A stretch of 64,000 bases of DNA, taken from assembly GCF_006345805.1 (NCBI RefSeq), contig NC_042997.1:78492001-78556000 (forward strand), in the 5' to 3' direction. Every line of letters begins with the position of its first letter. Position 1 is the first letter of the stretch. The notes beneath the pieces are model-generated. The model saw only the letters and a list, made by a program, of their open reading frames with translations. It was not told the origin of the DNA and searched no databases. The stretch comes from Octopus sinensis (lineage: Eukaryota). Of this stretch, positions 61,700-64,000 are shown piece after piece. The position numbers and the translations under genes are program-made.

Positions 61700-63520
61700 A
61701 TCATCATTTGTGTATCCGGCGATGACAATACATCTTTACATCTTTCATCGGCAAATTCCGTTGCATTCGAACAAGTTCAAGTATTACACTGCGTACATAC
61801 ATCTTTTCTTACTCTTCTGGGAATGCTGAATGTGTTTCTATATCTTCAATATTCATCTAGTTGTGAAACCGCCAAACGAATGTAGCGATGTTTCCCACTC
61901 TTAAGAGCTGATGTTACTACAAACTAATCTTCATCTGGTCTTGAACAACGTGTTTGGCATTGGCTGTGATATAGCTAGCTGAGGTGGATCCAGTGGGAAA
62001 GTCATGAATCAGATTTAACTACTACGAGACAGACATTTCAATTGAAGCGTCTTCAATGCTGATGTTGGTTTGTTAGGATTTCTACGAGCGTAACACTTTC
62101 TCAACAGATTACTGAAAATATCTTCTGGAGTTACAGGATGTTAAAGACCTCCAGATTCTTAATGTGTCGACTTTATCCGGTTTCTATCTCACTTCATATG
62201 GAAGTATGGAAACAATGCTCGGCAGACGAGAACCTTGGTATAGAGGCTGAGATGGTTGTTTATAAAGACTCTTTTCCTTTGTAAAGGATATAGAGACCTG
62301 CAATAAGGTGGTTTAGAATATCTTCGTTCAGTGTATAGTCGTTGTAAATTACGTTACCTCGTTATCTGAATTGGATGAGTGCGGCTAGCTCTTGTTATTG
62401 TAAGTAGAGAGTTAACTGAAGAGAGAGCGGTGAAGTTTACAATGTTAAACGTCAAATCTTTTTACTTGTAAGCTGTAACAGCTGTCGAAATAATGGTTTG
62501 AAGACTTCCGAAGTGTGAGCTATAAGGATGCACTCATCAGCATACTGTATTTCCATGATCTGTTCAGATTTTAGCTGGGTACTGGCCTGCAACCTTCTCG
62601 TGTTGAATAAGTTCCCATTGACTTTGAAGTTAATAGCGACTTCCGCCTTCATTATTTTGCATAAAAGCATGGTAATACAGATGTCGAAAATATTCTTTTC
62701 TACTCTAGGCACAAGGCTCGAAATTTTGGGGGAAGGGGCCAGTCGATTAGATCGGCCCCACTTGCGCAACTTGTACTTAATTTAACGACCCCGAATAGAT
62801 GAAAGGCAAAGTTGGCCACGGCGGAATTTGAACTTAGAACGTAAAGGCAGACGAAATACCGCTAAGCACTTCGCCCGGCGTGCTAACATCTCTGCCATCT
62901 CACCACCTTAGATGTCGAAAATATTAAACAGTACAAGCGCCAGTAGGCACTCTTCTTAAACTTCGAGTTTTATACTAACGGACTGAAGTTTCTGCCCTCC
63001 AACAGCAACACAGACCAGCAAATCTGTATGATATGATGGTCATATATGGTAGAAGATAAGCAACCAAAATTTCTGTGAAAACCCTATAGATCTTCCGGTT
63101 AATAGTACTAAAATCCTTCCATAATTGCAATGAGCAGGTCGTCATGTTGCTTTCTAGATTTCGTCTGAAGCTATTTATTGTATGATGGAAATCACGTCGA
63201 ACATGTATCAATCCCTGTGTAAGCTGCACAATTCTCGTGTAGTTTTCCGATATTGGCTGAATCAATCTTTTCAGCACAACCTTACTCAGGACTTACTTTG
63301 CAGAGGACAGAGTTTTAAACCCATTTTCAAATCCAATGCAACATAAGTCCATCTACTAGAACAAGGAAAACAAAGCAACAAATAGATTTTTCTTCTTTAT
63401 TTTAGCAGTAAATGATATAATTCTTCTAGCGAGAAGTATATATGCCAATGATGTATATATAGTTCTGGTTCCACACTTCCGTGATGTATTGATGAAGAGT
63501 GCTTGCTCAACAATTACTAC
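61700..63520 (-). mobile_element. Decayed RTE-1/BovB-like LINE RT region
   Basis: Minus strand: KCGTRTIYTSLAYILLARRII, KDFSTINRK, INFKVNGNLFNTRRLQASTQ..EIQYADECILIAH. Confidence 0.8.
62695..62909 (-). mobile_element. SINE inserted into the RTE, with a 16-bp TSD
   Basis: AGATGTCGAAAATATT at 62679-62694 and 62910-62925; body matches 41590-41870. Confidence 0.85.
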
Positions 63521-64000
63521 ACTTCTTCGAGAATTCTGATGAAATATTGTCCGGCCCAGAAGATTTAAGATTTTCACGAAAATATTAACTTTAGCAAAAG
63601 TTGGTGGCTCGTCAAATGATTTAGAAGCTGATAGAAATTTTCAATATTTCTGACTAATCATGGTACAGTTCTCGAGGCCATGGGTGTGTTTATTATGTCC
63701 TAGAAATTGTGCGTATCATGCTTTTGTGCATGCATCTAGATTCCTTGAGGTTTTGTAATCTGCTCCATCATTCATTCTTCAATGTACGAATTATAGATTA
63801 AGCTTCTCTGCTTATTTAGCTATTCAATTACAAGCATACTGAAACACCGGCGCCTCAGAGAATTCTACGTCATTGAATTGTATGTAAGGTCAACATAAAT
63901 CCTTTAAATGTGGGGGTGTTGTTCTCCGAAGCCGAAATCTAACAGCGAAAAGCATATTCGTGTCTGCTGGAATGTATTAGCAAAAATTCAGTACTACGTT

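Overview
AT-rich, repeat-dominated metazoan DNA, intergenic or intronic. The SINE families, Helitron ends and microsatellite load look like octopus/cephalopod sequence; this assignment is from pattern recognition, not a search. I can support no intact host gene, rRNA, true tRNA or CRISPR array. The window is a mosaic of decayed DNA transposons (mariner DD34D x3, a rosa/DD41D-like fragment, Chapaev3-like elements including a TIR-intact deletion derivative with a 3-bp TAA TSD, Helitron non-autonomous elements), LINE remnants (Tx1, two RTE-like, CR1/L2-like, an RLE-type fragment), tRNA-derived SINEs and long (TA)n/(ATAG)n/(CA)n/(ATAC)n arrays. The most notable signal is a dense set of Penelope-like element (PLE) remnants (RT and GIY-YIG fragments) together with about ten sequence-divergent type I hammerhead ribozyme (HHR) motifs, folded here by eye. 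Many sit in long inverted repeats or palindromes and point their 3' side into a (TA)n tract. HHRs in PLE pseudo-LTRs are established knowledge. The local density, the diversity, the ORF-less hairpin cassettes and the arm-specific core mutations are what deserve follow-up. Coordinates of degenerate elements are approximate.
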